64,000 nucleotides of DNA from Prochlorococcaceae cyanobacterium (GTDB lineage Bacteria; Cyanobacteriota; Cyanobacteriia; PCC-6307; Cyanobiaceae), in contig JBIKWK010000005.1 of NCBI GenBank assembly GCA_044356375.1, forward strand, positions 27,820-91,819. The letters run 5' to 3'. This document shows, piece by piece, positions 49,093-57,973 of this stretch. The notes under the pieces are model-generated. The model was not told the origin of the DNA, did not search any database, and saw only the letters and a list, made by a program, of their open reading frames with translations. Position 1 is the stretch's first letter; every line of letters begins with the position of its first letter. The position numbers and the translations under genes are program-made.

Positions 49093-49162
49093 TTTGCGAA
49101 TGGGGGAACTTCCCCCATTCGCAAAGCCGCAGACTCGTTTGCGCAGGTCCAAAACGAGTCTG
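49091..49162. terminator. Two consecutive perfect hairpins between convergent genes (likely bidirectional terminator region)
   Basis: 49091-49127 is a 37-nt perfect palindrome, GCTTTGCGAATGGGGGAA-C-TTCCCCCATTCGCAAAGC. 49130-49162 is CAGACTCGTTT-N11-AAACGAGTCTG. Confidence 0.6.
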
Positions 49163-49229
49163 GGGCTGAGTCTGCCGCTGGTGCTGCCGATAGCTGAACT
49201 AGATGGCCGCTGCTGATGGTCGCTGCCGT

Positions 49230-49457
49230 TCAGGAGCACATTTCCTCAAGGCTTTCGATCACCTCCTGCTGAAATTCCTCCAGGGCGCTGGAATCACTCA
49301 GGTCAATCCCCTCGCCAGCGGCGTTTTGGGTCAGCTCCTGAAAATGGAATGCCCCTTCCCCATGGGCAAGGAATTCCATGGCGGAGTTTTCACCACTCTC
49401 CTCAAAGGCGTCACAGAGGGCCATGAAGGCCGCATCCTCGGTGAATTCCCAAATCAT
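49230..49457 (-). CDS. Hypothetical small acidic protein (75 aa)
   Basis: MIWEFTEDAAFMALCDAFEESGENSAMEFLAHGEG... Host-like codon usage. No family recognised. Confidence 0.55.
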   Translation of the reverse strand: MIWEFTEDAAFMALCDAFEESGENSAMEFLAHGEGAFHFQELTQNAAGEGIDLSDSSALEEFQQEVIESLEEMCS

Positions 49458-49618
49458 GAAGGGGTTGGCCGCGAGGGGGACAAGGTGTGTTCTTCTCGAC
49501 CTTTAATGCCTACCCCCCGCAGGCCGTCAACCTCTTTGTTGCGTTTGTGCTCCGCTTGCAACACCGATCTGGCTAAAACAGACTCTCTGGCAGCCTTACC
49601 CCCCTATGCGCGAGCGCC

Positions 49619-50005
49619 ATGGCGACTCAGCTTGATTCCCCTGTTACCGCCAGTCGCAACGTGCTGGGAGAGCCCCTGGAGCTGTGTGGCTGCCAGCCTC
49701 TGACCGGTTGGTACCGCGATGGCAGCTGTCGCACCGACCCAACCGATCGCGGCCGCCACACGGTTTGTTGCGTGGTCAACGAGAGCTTTTTGCGTTACAG
49801 CAAGGCCCAGGGCAACGACCTCAGCACCCCGATGCCGGCCTATGGCTTCCCAGGTCTTCAGCCAGGCGATAACTGGTGTGTCTGCGCCGCCCGCTGGCTG
49901 GAGGCCCATGAGGACGGCATGGCTCCACCGGTGCGACTGGCAGCCACGGAAATCAGCACCTTGGAATTGATCCCCCTGGAGCTGCTGCGGGCCCAGGCCG
50001 CCTGA
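49619..50005 (+). CDS. DUF2237 family protein
   Basis: NVLGEPLELCGCQPLTGWYRDGSCRTDPTDRGRHTVCCVVNESFLRYSKAQGNDLSTP...PGDNWCVCAARW matches my memory of the DUF2237 signature. Confidence 0.75.
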   Translation: MATQLDSPVTASRNVLGEPLELCGCQPLTGWYRDGSCRTDPTDRGRHTVCCVVNESFLRYSKAQGNDLSTPMPAYGFPGLQPGDNWCVCAARWLEAHEDGMAPPVRLAATEISTLELIPLELLRAQAA

Positions 50006-50134
50006 AACCTGGCCCAGGAGGTGGCACCAGCCGCCATTCCATCGGGGCTGTGGGGGCTGTTCCAACAGGGCAGCTGGGGGCTGTTTCAAGGGGGCAGCTG
50101 GCTGGCGCATGATGGCCTGGCCATGGCGCCGCAG

Positions 50135-51055
50135 ATGAGTTTGCAGATTGCCGTTCTGGGCCGCGGGGCTTGGGGAGGAACCCTCCAGGGGCTCTGGGAG
50201 CGGCAGGGCCATCGGGTCCGTAGTTGGTCGCGGCGAGATGGCCTGGATCCAGTGCCGCTGCTGGCCGATCAGGACCTGGTGGCGGTGGCGGTTGCCATGT
50301 CCGGTATCGAGGAGTTGGCGGTTCGCCTTGCCCCCCACTGGCCCGCGGATCTGCCCCTGCTCAGCTGCAGCAAGGGCATCGACCCCGAGCGCTTGGCTAC
50401 GGCCAGCCAACTATGGCGGCTGCATCTGCCCACCGCTCCGCTGCTGGTGCTCAGCGGTCCCAATTTGGCCACCGAGCTGGCCCGGGGGCTACCTGCCGCC
50501 AGCGTGCTCGCCGGTGACGATCCACAGCTCACCGGCCGCCTGCAGCAGGAGCTGAGTGGCCAGGGGTTGCGGCTGTATCGCAGCGACGACCCGTTGGGGG
50601 TGGAGGCCGCAGCGGCCCTGAAAAACGTGATGGCCGTAGCCGCAGGTATCTGTGACGGCCTGGGGCTGGGGGCCAATGCCAAGGCTTCACTGCTGTGTCG
50701 GGGTTTGGCAGAAATGGGCGTTGTGGTTAGCGGCCTGGGCGGTAAGCCCGCCAGCCTCTACGGCCTGGCCGGTCTGGGGGATCTTTTGGCCACGGCCAAC
50801 AGCCCCTTGAGCCGCAATTACCGCTGTGGCCTGTTGCTGGCCGAAGGCCTCAGCGAACAACAGGCCCTAGAGCGCATTGGCTGCACGGTGGAGGGGGCCC
50901 GCACGGCCCGAGCCGCCCGGGCCCTGGCCGCTTCCCAGGGCTGGAACCTGCCGATCTGTGGCCAGGTGCTGCAGGTGCTCGAAGGGCAGACATCCCCCCA
51001 GCGGGCGGTAGAGGCGCTGATGCAGCGGGACCTCAAGCCAGAGCGAGTGCCATGA
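50135..51055 (+). CDS. gpsA: NAD(P)H-dependent glycerol-3-phosphate dehydrogenase
   Basis: IAVLGRGAWGGTL, SCSKGI, LSGPNLATE, ALKNVMAVAAGICDGLGLGANAKA, VEGARTA. Start at ATG 50135 (or 50123). Confidence 0.9.
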   Translation: MSLQIAVLGRGAWGGTLQGLWERQGHRVRSWSRRDGLDPVPLLADQDLVAVAVAMSGIEELAVRLAPHWPADLPLLSCSKGIDPERLATASQLWRLHLPTAPLLVLSGPNLATELARGLPAASVLAGDDPQLTGRLQQELSGQGLRLYRSDDPLGVEAAAALKNVMAVAAGICDGLGLGANAKASLLCRGLAEMGVVVSGLGGKPASLYGLAGLGDLLATANSPLSRNYRCGLLLAEGLSEQQALERIGCTVEGARTARAARALAASQGWNLPICGQVLQVLEGQTSPQRAVEALMQRDLKPERVP

Positions 51056-52095
51056 GCTGGCCGGCCCTGCTGATTGAAGCCTTTGCCAGCGGCCCCTGTA
51101 GCGGCAATGGTGCTGCAGTTGTGCTGCTGCCCCAGCCCCTTCCTGACGCCGATTTGCAGGCGATTGCTGCCAGTTTGAAGCAGTCAGAAACCGCTTTTCT
51201 GCTCCGGCAGGGGGACCAGTGGCTGTTGCGCTGGTTCACCCCCAGCTGCGAGGTGAGGCTCTGTGGCCACGCCACCCTCGCCGCCCTGCTGGCCCTGGGC
51301 CATTGGGGCTGGCTGCAACCCGGCCAGAGCACAATTTTTCATAGCCGCAGCGGCCCCTTGCCAGTACAACTGGCGGCCAGGCCCCCTGCCGGCGCCGCTG
51401 GCAGCATCCAGTTGCCGGCGGGTGAGCTGGTGCCCGCCACCCTGAGCGACCCCCTGCGGCAGGAGCTGGAGCGCCGCAGCGGAGCTGCCCTGGTGAGCTC
51501 CTGGAGCTCTTCTCTGGGCTACTGGGTGGCGCTACTTTCCGATGGTCTTTCTCTGGCCCCTCTCGATGGACTGGCCGCGATCCTCAGTGGTCCAGAGCGA
51601 GCCGGATTGGTGGTGATGGCCGCCACCAATTCAGCCGCCACCAACTCAGCCGCCGCCAATGCAGCCCCCACCGCAGCTGGCCCCTTGTGCCCTGCTCCTG
51701 CAGTTGCCGCCACTCCAGTTGCCGCCACTGCAGCTGCTCACCCCGATGCCGCCAGCTCTGCCGCCGCTGGCCAGGTGAATGTGAATGCACTAACGCCTGA
51801 CTACCAGCTGCGCTTCTTTGCCCCGGGACTGGGCATTGATGAGGATCCCGTAACTGGCTCCGCCCATGCCCTGGTGGCGCCCTACTGGCTGGAGCGCACT
51901 GGCCGCCGCCAGGTGGTGGGCTGGCAGCCCTCGCCCCGGCCGGGGGGCATGGTGGTCAGCGCGGCACCTTCAGGCATGATCCAGCTGCTTGGATCTGGCC
52001 ATTTGTTGTGGGACGGCAGGCTTCAGTTCAAGTCTTGCGAAGACAGCTGTGGCGATGGAGGTCTAGGCGAATGGGCAGCATTGTCCAACGGTTGA
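51052..52095 (+). CDS. PhzF-family isomerase-like protein
   Basis: AFASGPCSGNGAAVVL...SETAFL...WFTPSCEVRLCGHATLA...RFFAPGLGIDEDPVTGSAH. ATGA overlap with the gpsA stop. Contains an Ala/Thr/Asn-rich insertion. Confidence 0.8.
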   Translation: MSWPALLIEAFASGPCSGNGAAVVLLPQPLPDADLQAIAASLKQSETAFLLRQGDQWLLRWFTPSCEVRLCGHATLAALLALGHWGWLQPGQSTIFHSRSGPLPVQLAARPPAGAAGSIQLPAGELVPATLSDPLRQELERRSGAALVSSWSSSLGYWVALLSDGLSLAPLDGLAAILSGPERAGLVVMAATNSAATNSAAANAAPTAAGPLCPAPAVAATPVAATAAAHPDAASSAAAGQVNVNALTPDYQLRFFAPGLGIDEDPVTGSAHALVAPYWLERTGRRQVVGWQPSPRPGGMVVSAAPSGMIQLLGSGHLLWDGRLQFKSCEDSCGDGGLGEWAALSNG

Positions 52096-53102
52096 GACGC
52101 CTGTTGCCAAAGGCGATACCCCTGCCCAAAAGACTGCTGCTGGGCGGGGCTCTGGGCTTGATGGCGGTGACCCTGGGCTATGGCGCCCAGGGTCTGGCCC
52201 CCAGCCCCCCGGGCGCTAGCCAGGCGGAGCTGCTGGAGGCCCTGATTGCCTCCCCTGTGGCCGCTGGCGTCAAGGCCAGTGCCAATGCCAGTGCAGAGGG
52301 AGAGAGCGACGCCTCCCTGCGCCGCGTCCAGTCCCAGCGATTGGCCCCCGTAAGCAGCTCCCCCCAGCTGGCCATGGCGGTGCCGGCCGCCGGGGCACCC
52401 CTGGCTTTGGAGATCCGTGTGGCGCTGCTGGCCGCCGGCCAAAACCCCAGCCTCACTGCCAGGGATCATTGGCAGTTGCGCAGCCGCGATGGGCAGCTGC
52501 TCCAGCAGGGCCACGCCGGCCAGCTGGTGGATACCGACCTGGTGGCTCGGCTGGGGGAGGCCTGGCTATGGGGCGGCCCAAGGGCGCTGCTGGTGAATGG
52601 CAGGCCCTATGGCGGCCGACTGCGCCTGATCCGGGAAGCTGGGGATCTCGTGGTGGTCAACCACCTGCCCCTCGAAAGCTACGTGGCCTCGGTGGTGGGG
52701 GCGGAAATGCCCAGTGGCTGGCAAGCCGAGGCCCTGCGGGCCCAGGCGGTGGCCGCCCGGTCCTATGCCTTGGCCCACATGGCCCGACCCGCCAACCGCC
52801 ACTGGCACCTGGGAGATACGACCCGCTGGCAGGCCTATCAGGGTTTTAAAAGCAGCACGGAAAGCACTCGGGCGGCAACGGCCAGCACCGCGGGGCTGAT
52901 CTTGAGCTACCAGGGGGCGATCGTCGAGAGTTTGTATGCGGCAAATCACCAGATCAGCTTCGAGGCCCACGCCCATCTGGGGGCGAGCATGAGTCAACAG
53001 GGTGCCCAGGAGTTGGCTCTCCAGGGGCTCAGCTACAACCAGATTCTGGGGCGTTACTACCAAGGGGCGTCACTGGCGCGCCTTAAGGCCGGTGCGAACT
53101 GA
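52071..53102 (+). CDS. SpoIID/LytB-domain protein
   Basis: The ATG at 52071 gives the signal-like MGSIVQRLRRLLPKAIPLPKRLLLGGALGLMAVTLG. LESYVASVVGAEMPSGWQAEALRAQAVAARSYAL is the SpoIID signature. Confidence 0.8.
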   Translation: MGSIVQRLRRLLPKAIPLPKRLLLGGALGLMAVTLGYGAQGLAPSPPGASQAELLEALIASPVAAGVKASANASAEGESDASLRRVQSQRLAPVSSSPQLAMAVPAAGAPLALEIRVALLAAGQNPSLTARDHWQLRSRDGQLLQQGHAGQLVDTDLVARLGEAWLWGGPRALLVNGRPYGGRLRLIREAGDLVVVNHLPLESYVASVVGAEMPSGWQAEALRAQAVAARSYALAHMARPANRHWHLGDTTRWQAYQGFKSSTESTRAATASTAGLILSYQGAIVESLYAANHQISFEAHAHLGASMSQQGAQELALQGLSYNQILGRYYQGASLARLKAGAN

Positions 53103-53928
53103 GCGCTATTGGCAACTGGCGCTGGAACGCTCAGCTAGCGCATTGGCTAGCGGGGCACTGGTGCCCTTGGCCACTGAAGTGGTGGATTTTCCTTCCATAA
53201 GACCTTTTCTGCTGCGGCGATTGTTGAGTCGCACCCCCAAGCACCTGCGACAAGGGGGACCCAAGGCCAATCCGTTTTTGCCCTGGGAGCCAGCCCTGGA
53301 GGTGGCCCGTCCCAGCGACGACCATGTGCTGCTGCTCAACAAGTACCCGGTGCAGCCGGCTCATGTGCTGTTGATCACCAGTGCTTGGCAACCCCAAGAC
53401 GGCTGGCTGTCGGTTGCAGATTGGTCGGCCCAGGCGCGGGTGGCTGCCGATACCGGCGGGCTGTGGTTCTTCAACAGCTGTCCAGCAGCTGGAGCTAGCC
53501 AGCCCCATCGCCACCTGCAACTATTGCCCCGCCATCCGGGGGAGAGCAGCTGTCCGCTGGCCAGCAATTTCCTGGCCGAATTGGCAGCCCCAAACCAGGC
53601 GTGGGATTGGTCATACCGGCTGGATCGCCGCCAGGACCCCAAGAGCCACGGAGACCTGCCAGAGCTTTATAGACGCCAAGCCCTGGCGCTGGGCCTGGGA
53701 GATCCGCTTCTCGATGCCAAACCGCTCCATCCCTACAACCTCCTATTTGATGACCAGTGGTTCCTCACTGTGCGTCGGCGCCAGGAACATGCGGCGGGTT
53801 TCAGCGTAAATGCCTTGGGTTTTGCCGGATTCCTGTTGCAGACGCTGCACTCTGATCTGGCTTGGCTGGAATGTCACGGTCCCTGGGCCCTGCTGGCTGC
53901 CGTTGCCAATCCCGCCCAGATTCCGTAA
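53092..53928 (+). CDS. ATP adenylyltransferase / Ap4A phosphorylase II-like protein
   Basis: NPFLPWEPAL...VLLLNKYPVQPAHVLLIT...FFNSCPAAGASQPHRHLQLLP. I propose the GTG at 53092, overlapping the previous stop; the start is uncertain. Confidence 0.7.
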   Translation: MRTERYWQLALERSASALASGALVPLATEVVDFPSIRPFLLRRLLSRTPKHLRQGGPKANPFLPWEPALEVARPSDDHVLLLNKYPVQPAHVLLITSAWQPQDGWLSVADWSAQARVAADTGGLWFFNSCPAAGASQPHRHLQLLPRHPGESSCPLASNFLAELAAPNQAWDWSYRLDRRQDPKSHGDLPELYRRQALALGLGDPLLDAKPLHPYNLLFDDQWFLTVRRRQEHAAGFSVNALGFAGFLLQTLHSDLAWLECHGPWALLAAVANPAQIP

Positions 53929-53964
53929 TTTCACGCTTGCGCCTAGAGGGTCCCATCCTGCTCA

Positions 53965-54780
53965 GTGGATATAGGCCCCATCGGGCTCGCCGGTCCACCG
54001 GCTATCCATCTGATTTTATCTACCTTGAAATCAAATTGCTCCGTAATTCAGCGGCGAAATCGTCGCGTGGAAAGCTATTGCCAGCTAGTGCGACCCATAG
54101 CCAGGCATTATGCAGCCCGCTGTCGCGAACCGCTAGATGATCTAATGCAAGTTGGGCTAATGGGTCTATTGAGGGCTGCCGAGCTGTACGTAGATCAGCT
54201 AAAAACCCCATTTGAAGCCTTTGCCAGACCCCATATTCGAGGTGCAATTTTACATTATCTTCGCGATAAAATTCAGCCAATTCGCCTACCCCGTCAGCTG
54301 CGGGAGCGGCTCGATCAGCGCAAGCGTCTGCTAGCGGACTGGAGCCATTGCGATGTCAATCCTGCCCCACTGCCCCAAATCCGTGCCGCCATGGGTCTCA
54401 GCCCTGAGCAGTGGCAGCAATTGGATTGTGCCCAGCAGATCTGTCAGGTGGTGCCCCTGTCGCCGGCGCTGGAAGAGCGGTTGCAAGCCCCGGAACAGCA
54501 GCTTGCGGACCCTGCCGACGCCGAAGCGGCCCTGGCGGCCCTGGCCCAGCTGGAGCCCCCATTGGCGGAGGTGGTGCGGCGGGTGGTGCTGGGGGGCTGG
54601 AGTTATCGCCGCACCGCCGGTGCACTGCAGGTGAGCCCGATGACCGTTCAGCGGCGACTGCACCGGGGCCTGGCAGTGCTGCGCCAGTCTCTGCAGGCCA
54701 AGAGCGAGGCTGCCGCTCCGGGGCGCCATCTGGTGGCGCCAGCTGCAACAAGACCTAGTTTGACTGACGTAAATTGTTAA
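53965..54780 (+). CDS. RNA polymerase sigma-70 family factor (group 3 / SigF-like)
   Basis: Region 2 (LVRPIARHYAARCREPLDDLMQVGLMGLLRAAELY...FEAFARPHIRGAILHYLRD), region 3 and region 4 HTH (SYRRTAGALQVSPMTVQRRLHRGL). The start may be the TTG at 54025. Confidence 0.85.
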   Translation: MDIGPIGLAGPPAIHLILSTLKSNCSVIQRRNRRVESYCQLVRPIARHYAARCREPLDDLMQVGLMGLLRAAELYVDQLKTPFEAFARPHIRGAILHYLRDKIQPIRLPRQLRERLDQRKRLLADWSHCDVNPAPLPQIRAAMGLSPEQWQQLDCAQQICQVVPLSPALEERLQAPEQQLADPADAEAALAALAQLEPPLAEVVRRVVLGGWSYRRTAGALQVSPMTVQRRLHRGLAVLRQSLQAKSEAAAPGRHLVAPAATRPSLTDVNC

Positions 54781-54804
54781 GCAGGGCTGAGGCGATTTTT
54801 TGGA

Positions 54805-54869
54805 GCAATGCTATTCGGCAATGCTTTAGAGCAATGTTCTAAGGCAATGCTTTAGGGCAATGCTGAGGC
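54805..54869. repeat. 13-bp tandem repeat, 5 copies (GCAATGCTTTAGR)
   Basis: GCAATG starts at 54805, 54818, 54831, 54844 and 54857, an exact 13-nt period read directly. Confidence 0.9.
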
Positions 54870-54930
54870 CTCGCCAACCCGCTGATTCACTGCCCTGGGA
54901 ACTGGCGCCCTCGCTGCTGCCATGGCCTGG

Positions 54931-55116
54931 TCAAGGGGTTGATTCCGGGGCGGCATCACGTCGAATCTGTTGTTCCATGGTGCCAATGGCGGCATTGGCG
55001 GCGGCCAGCTGTCGCTCCAAGCTGTCCCGCCAGTGGCGCAGCAATGCCAGCTTGTGCTGTTGGTAGGTCTGCCGGCTGTCGGTGCCTGCTGAACAGCAGG
55101 CGAACGGGGGGAACAT
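54931..55116 (-). CDS. Hypothetical small coiled-coil protein (61 aa)
   Basis: ORF track entry. YQQHKLALLRHWRDSLERQLAAANAAIGTMEQQI is helical and the codon usage is host-like. No family recognised. Confidence 0.35.
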   Translation of the reverse strand: MFPPFACCSAGTDSRQTYQQHKLALLRHWRDSLERQLAAANAAIGTMEQQIRRDAAPESTP

Positions 55117-55297
55117 GGGAAAATGAGAGGGTTCGCCCTGTTTCTAGCGATCTGCAACCCCCGTTCGCGTGTCGTGTTTCCCGCCAGTGATGACCGGGAA
55201 GCAGCCCGCCAACACCCTGTACCCGCCCCGTTACTTCGAGACCCATGCCGGTGACCCCCAGGCTACGCAGGGTCTGCACCCAAATCCTGTTCTTAAC

Positions 55298-56926
55298 ATG
55301 AGACGAAGGAGTCTTCCTTTTCTCATGCGACGCGCCTTTCTCCTGGTAGCGGTCTGTGGTGGTCTGGGCGCGGCTCCGGCCAAGGCCTACGTGGCCTTGA
55401 TGGTGGGCCAGCAAGCGCGGCCCTTGCGTGGAACTTTCAATAGCGTGCCTGTGCTGCACTCCAATCAGCCGGAGGAGGTGGAGGGTCCTGGCATTTTGAT
55501 CAATACGGCCCCAGGCATGGCCACTGCCAAGGATAACGGCCAGTTGCTGCCTAATGCGGAATACACTTTTAATGGTGAATTTGGCGTTCATATACACCAC
55601 AAGTATTATCCTTCCTATAGAAATACTATTCGTTCTGATGCTAGGCGAAGTCAGCTCACGCTGGCCCTGATTTTGTTAAATCCCTCTCGTCAGCCAGTGA
55701 CGATTCGCTTTGACAGCGGTGCAGTTCGCAACAGCTTTGAAGCTCCATATCTCGGTGATGCCAAACTTGGTGTCAGACCCCTGGGACGCAGACCATGGAA
55801 TACAGGTCCAGGGGATGCCACTGCAGTGCAGATGCTGAGGGGTCAGCTAGACCGGCGTCTAGAAGATGAGATCACAATTCCTCCCCAGAGCCGCATGGTG
55901 CTATTTCGCACCGAGTTGCCTGCTTTAGGAATTGCCAATGCTCTATTGCGTGGGCGCAGCAATGGTCCGTTTCAAATGGCTGTGGTAGCAGCAAAAAATC
56001 CCGGCGAAGATTATGACATCTTCAGTGTTCTTGATTCGGGTCGACTTGCCCCCGGTCGCGTATACTTAAATCGCATTGCAGAGATAAATAATCGCTCAAT
56101 CTTCTCCCGTGTTGGTGGCGTGGCAATTGGAGATAGCTATCATGCCCAGTTAAGTTATGACCTGGGCCAGGGTCCCCTGCACGTGCCGCTAACCAGCACC
56201 GAGCGTCACAACTTCGGCACCCGTGAGATACAGGTGAATCCCCTGGCCATTCGAATGATCGATTCGTCGCTCAATAATGTTGGCACCTACGGTGTTCGCT
56301 TCGATATCGATCTTGATTTGCGGGGCAGTGGTTCCCATGAGTTGGTTTTAAGTCATCCATCTCCCAGCGGAGGTAAGGATTTCACGGCTTTTAGAGGCTC
56401 TTTGCAGGTACGCACTGAGCAGGGGTTACAGGAAATACACGTGGGCATGCGATCTGGCCAGAGTCTTGTGCTCACAAGCCTCTCCCTGAAGCCCGGAGTT
56501 TCCAATCCTGTAAAGGTGAGCCTGGTCTATCCCGCCGATGCCACCCCTGGACATCTGTTGAGTGTTGTTCCAACTGCCCAGTTGGCCCGTCTGCGCGTTC
56601 AAGAGCGGCAGCTCGAGCTGGCTCGGGCGACCAATAGCACCCCTGCAGCCGCCAGAGTGGGGCTGGACCCACCACCTTCTCCAGATACCGCAGCCACTCA
56701 AGTGCCCAGCATGGGTTCAGAAGACCCTTTGGTATTGGTACCCTCCCAGTACAGGCTGAGGCCTCTGCCTCCACTGACAGTGCAACAATCGCCGGAACCA
56801 AGACAGTCGGTTCTGCTGCCACCACCCATTTTGCCCGTCACTCGGGCAGAGCAAACTCTGGTAGAGCGCTATCAACAGGCCTTAGAAGCACAGCAGCTCA
56901 GGCTGCGGGGGTTGATGGACCAATGA
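55298..56926 (+). CDS. Secreted conserved cyanobacterial protein (tentatively DUF3370-like) with a P/Q-rich tail
   Basis: The ATG at 55298 gives MRRRSLPFLMRRAFLLVAVCGGLGAAPAKA (signal peptide). Large beta-rich body. G+C is clearly lower than in neighbouring genes. The DUF number is from memory. Confidence 0.7.
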   Translation: MRRRSLPFLMRRAFLLVAVCGGLGAAPAKAYVALMVGQQARPLRGTFNSVPVLHSNQPEEVEGPGILINTAPGMATAKDNGQLLPNAEYTFNGEFGVHIHHKYYPSYRNTIRSDARRSQLTLALILLNPSRQPVTIRFDSGAVRNSFEAPYLGDAKLGVRPLGRRPWNTGPGDATAVQMLRGQLDRRLEDEITIPPQSRMVLFRTELPALGIANALLRGRSNGPFQMAVVAAKNPGEDYDIFSVLDSGRLAPGRVYLNRIAEINNRSIFSRVGGVAIGDSYHAQLSYDLGQGPLHVPLTSTERHNFGTREIQVNPLAIRMIDSSLNNVGTYGVRFDIDLDLRGSGSHELVLSHPSPSGGKDFTAFRGSLQVRTEQGLQEIHVGMRSGQSLVLTSLSLKPGVSNPVKVSLVYPADATPGHLLSVVPTAQLARLRVQERQLELARATNSTPAAARVGLDPPPSPDTAATQVPSMGSEDPLVLVPSQYRLRPLPPLTVQQSPEPRQSVLLPPPILPVTRAEQTLVERYQQALEAQQLRLRGLMDQ

Positions 56927-56938
56927 TCTTGCCGATGC

Positions 56939-57973
56939 GTGGCTGACGAACAGCGTCAAAGACGTCGGATCACCTTGGACCTGCCCAGTGATCTGATCGA
57001 AAAGCTCGATTCGCTCAAGGCCGAGTGGAGCCTGCGCAGTCGTGGTGGGGTGGTTCTACGCCTGCTAGAGAGCATCTTTTCCGCCGATGAGAGCCCGGAG
57101 CTCGAGGAGGCGATTGCCCTGGAGCCCCTAGATGATCTGCCATCTTTTGACGAACAGGGAGCTCTGGTGCTGATCGCTGGCCATGGGCTGGTCCAGTCGC
57201 TGGCCGAGGGAGAACCGCCCCAGGATTCAGCTGCAGACTTGGCTGCAGACTTGTCAACAGATTCGCTGCGATCCGTCAATAGTTCCGCCGTTGGTGGTAT
57301 AGATTTGCCAGGATTTGTGCGCCGACAAACAGTTCAGCTTAAGCGCGGTCTCAAGCGTCAAGACACCCAAATCCCTGCTCCACTCGACATGTTGCCCCCT
57401 GTCTCTCCAGAATTAGTGGAGCGCTGTCTCCAGATAGTGCGAGATCACTGGATGCAACTTTATAGTACTGCCCCTAATGAAACTGTGCTAGAAGCTGCAA
57501 TGATCTGGTTAGCTAAGGATATCTGGCCTCAGGCTGATCACAGTGATGGCCGGCAGTTCACCTGGTCTTTAGCTGTGGATAATTTGCGTGGTTTTGCCCC
57601 AGCCTGGCTCGATGGTCCAGCAAATTTCGAGCGGGTGATAGTAGTAGCAGGCTTGCTGGAAGATCCCTTCAGTGCCAATACCTTGGATCTGAGGCTTCCC
57701 AGCTTGATTCACCGATTCGTACACCGTTTCCGCCAACGTCCTAGGGGCACCTCATTTGAGGCGCTTGAGCACACTATGACCCTACATGGTGCTCTGAAAT
57801 TACTACAATTGCCCACGGCAGCAGGCCAGCGACTTACTTTGAATCAAATCAGAGACGCCTACCGTCAACTAGCCCTATCTGCCCATCCGGACAGCGGGGG
57901 ATCCACCGAAGCGATGCGGCGACTAAACGAGGCTTACCAATTGTTGAAACAGCTTTATCGTACTGCTCCTTAG
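56939..57973 (+). CDS. Protein with an N-terminal ribbon-helix-helix-like segment and a C-terminal J domain
   Basis: GTG start. RRITLDLPSDLIEKLDSLKAEWSLRSRGGVVLRLLESIF is RHH-like. The C-terminus ALKLLQLPTAAGQRLTLNQIRDAYRQLALSAHPDSGGSTEAMRRLNEAYQLLKQL is J-domain-like with HPD. Confidence 0.7.
   Translation: MADEQRQRRRITLDLPSDLIEKLDSLKAEWSLRSRGGVVLRLLESIFSADESPELEEAIALEPLDDLPSFDEQGALVLIAGHGLVQSLAEGEPPQDSAADLAADLSTDSLRSVNSSAVGGIDLPGFVRRQTVQLKRGLKRQDTQIPAPLDMLPPVSPELVERCLQIVRDHWMQLYSTAPNETVLEAAMIWLAKDIWPQADHSDGRQFTWSLAVDNLRGFAPAWLDGPANFERVIVVAGLLEDPFSANTLDLRLPSLIHRFVHRFRQRPRGTSFEALEHTMTLHGALKLLQLPTAAGQRLTLNQIRDAYRQLALSAHPDSGGSTEAMRRLNEAYQLLKQLYRTAP

Noticed and set aside
48917-49216. ORFs translating the 20-bp tandem array (PRPRPLCPGRGLYAQAEAFM repeats)
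   Set aside because: The 20-nt period is not a multiple of 3, so the peptide periodicity is an artefact of reading through the repeat in rotating frames. There are three overlapping ORFs in different frames and no start context.
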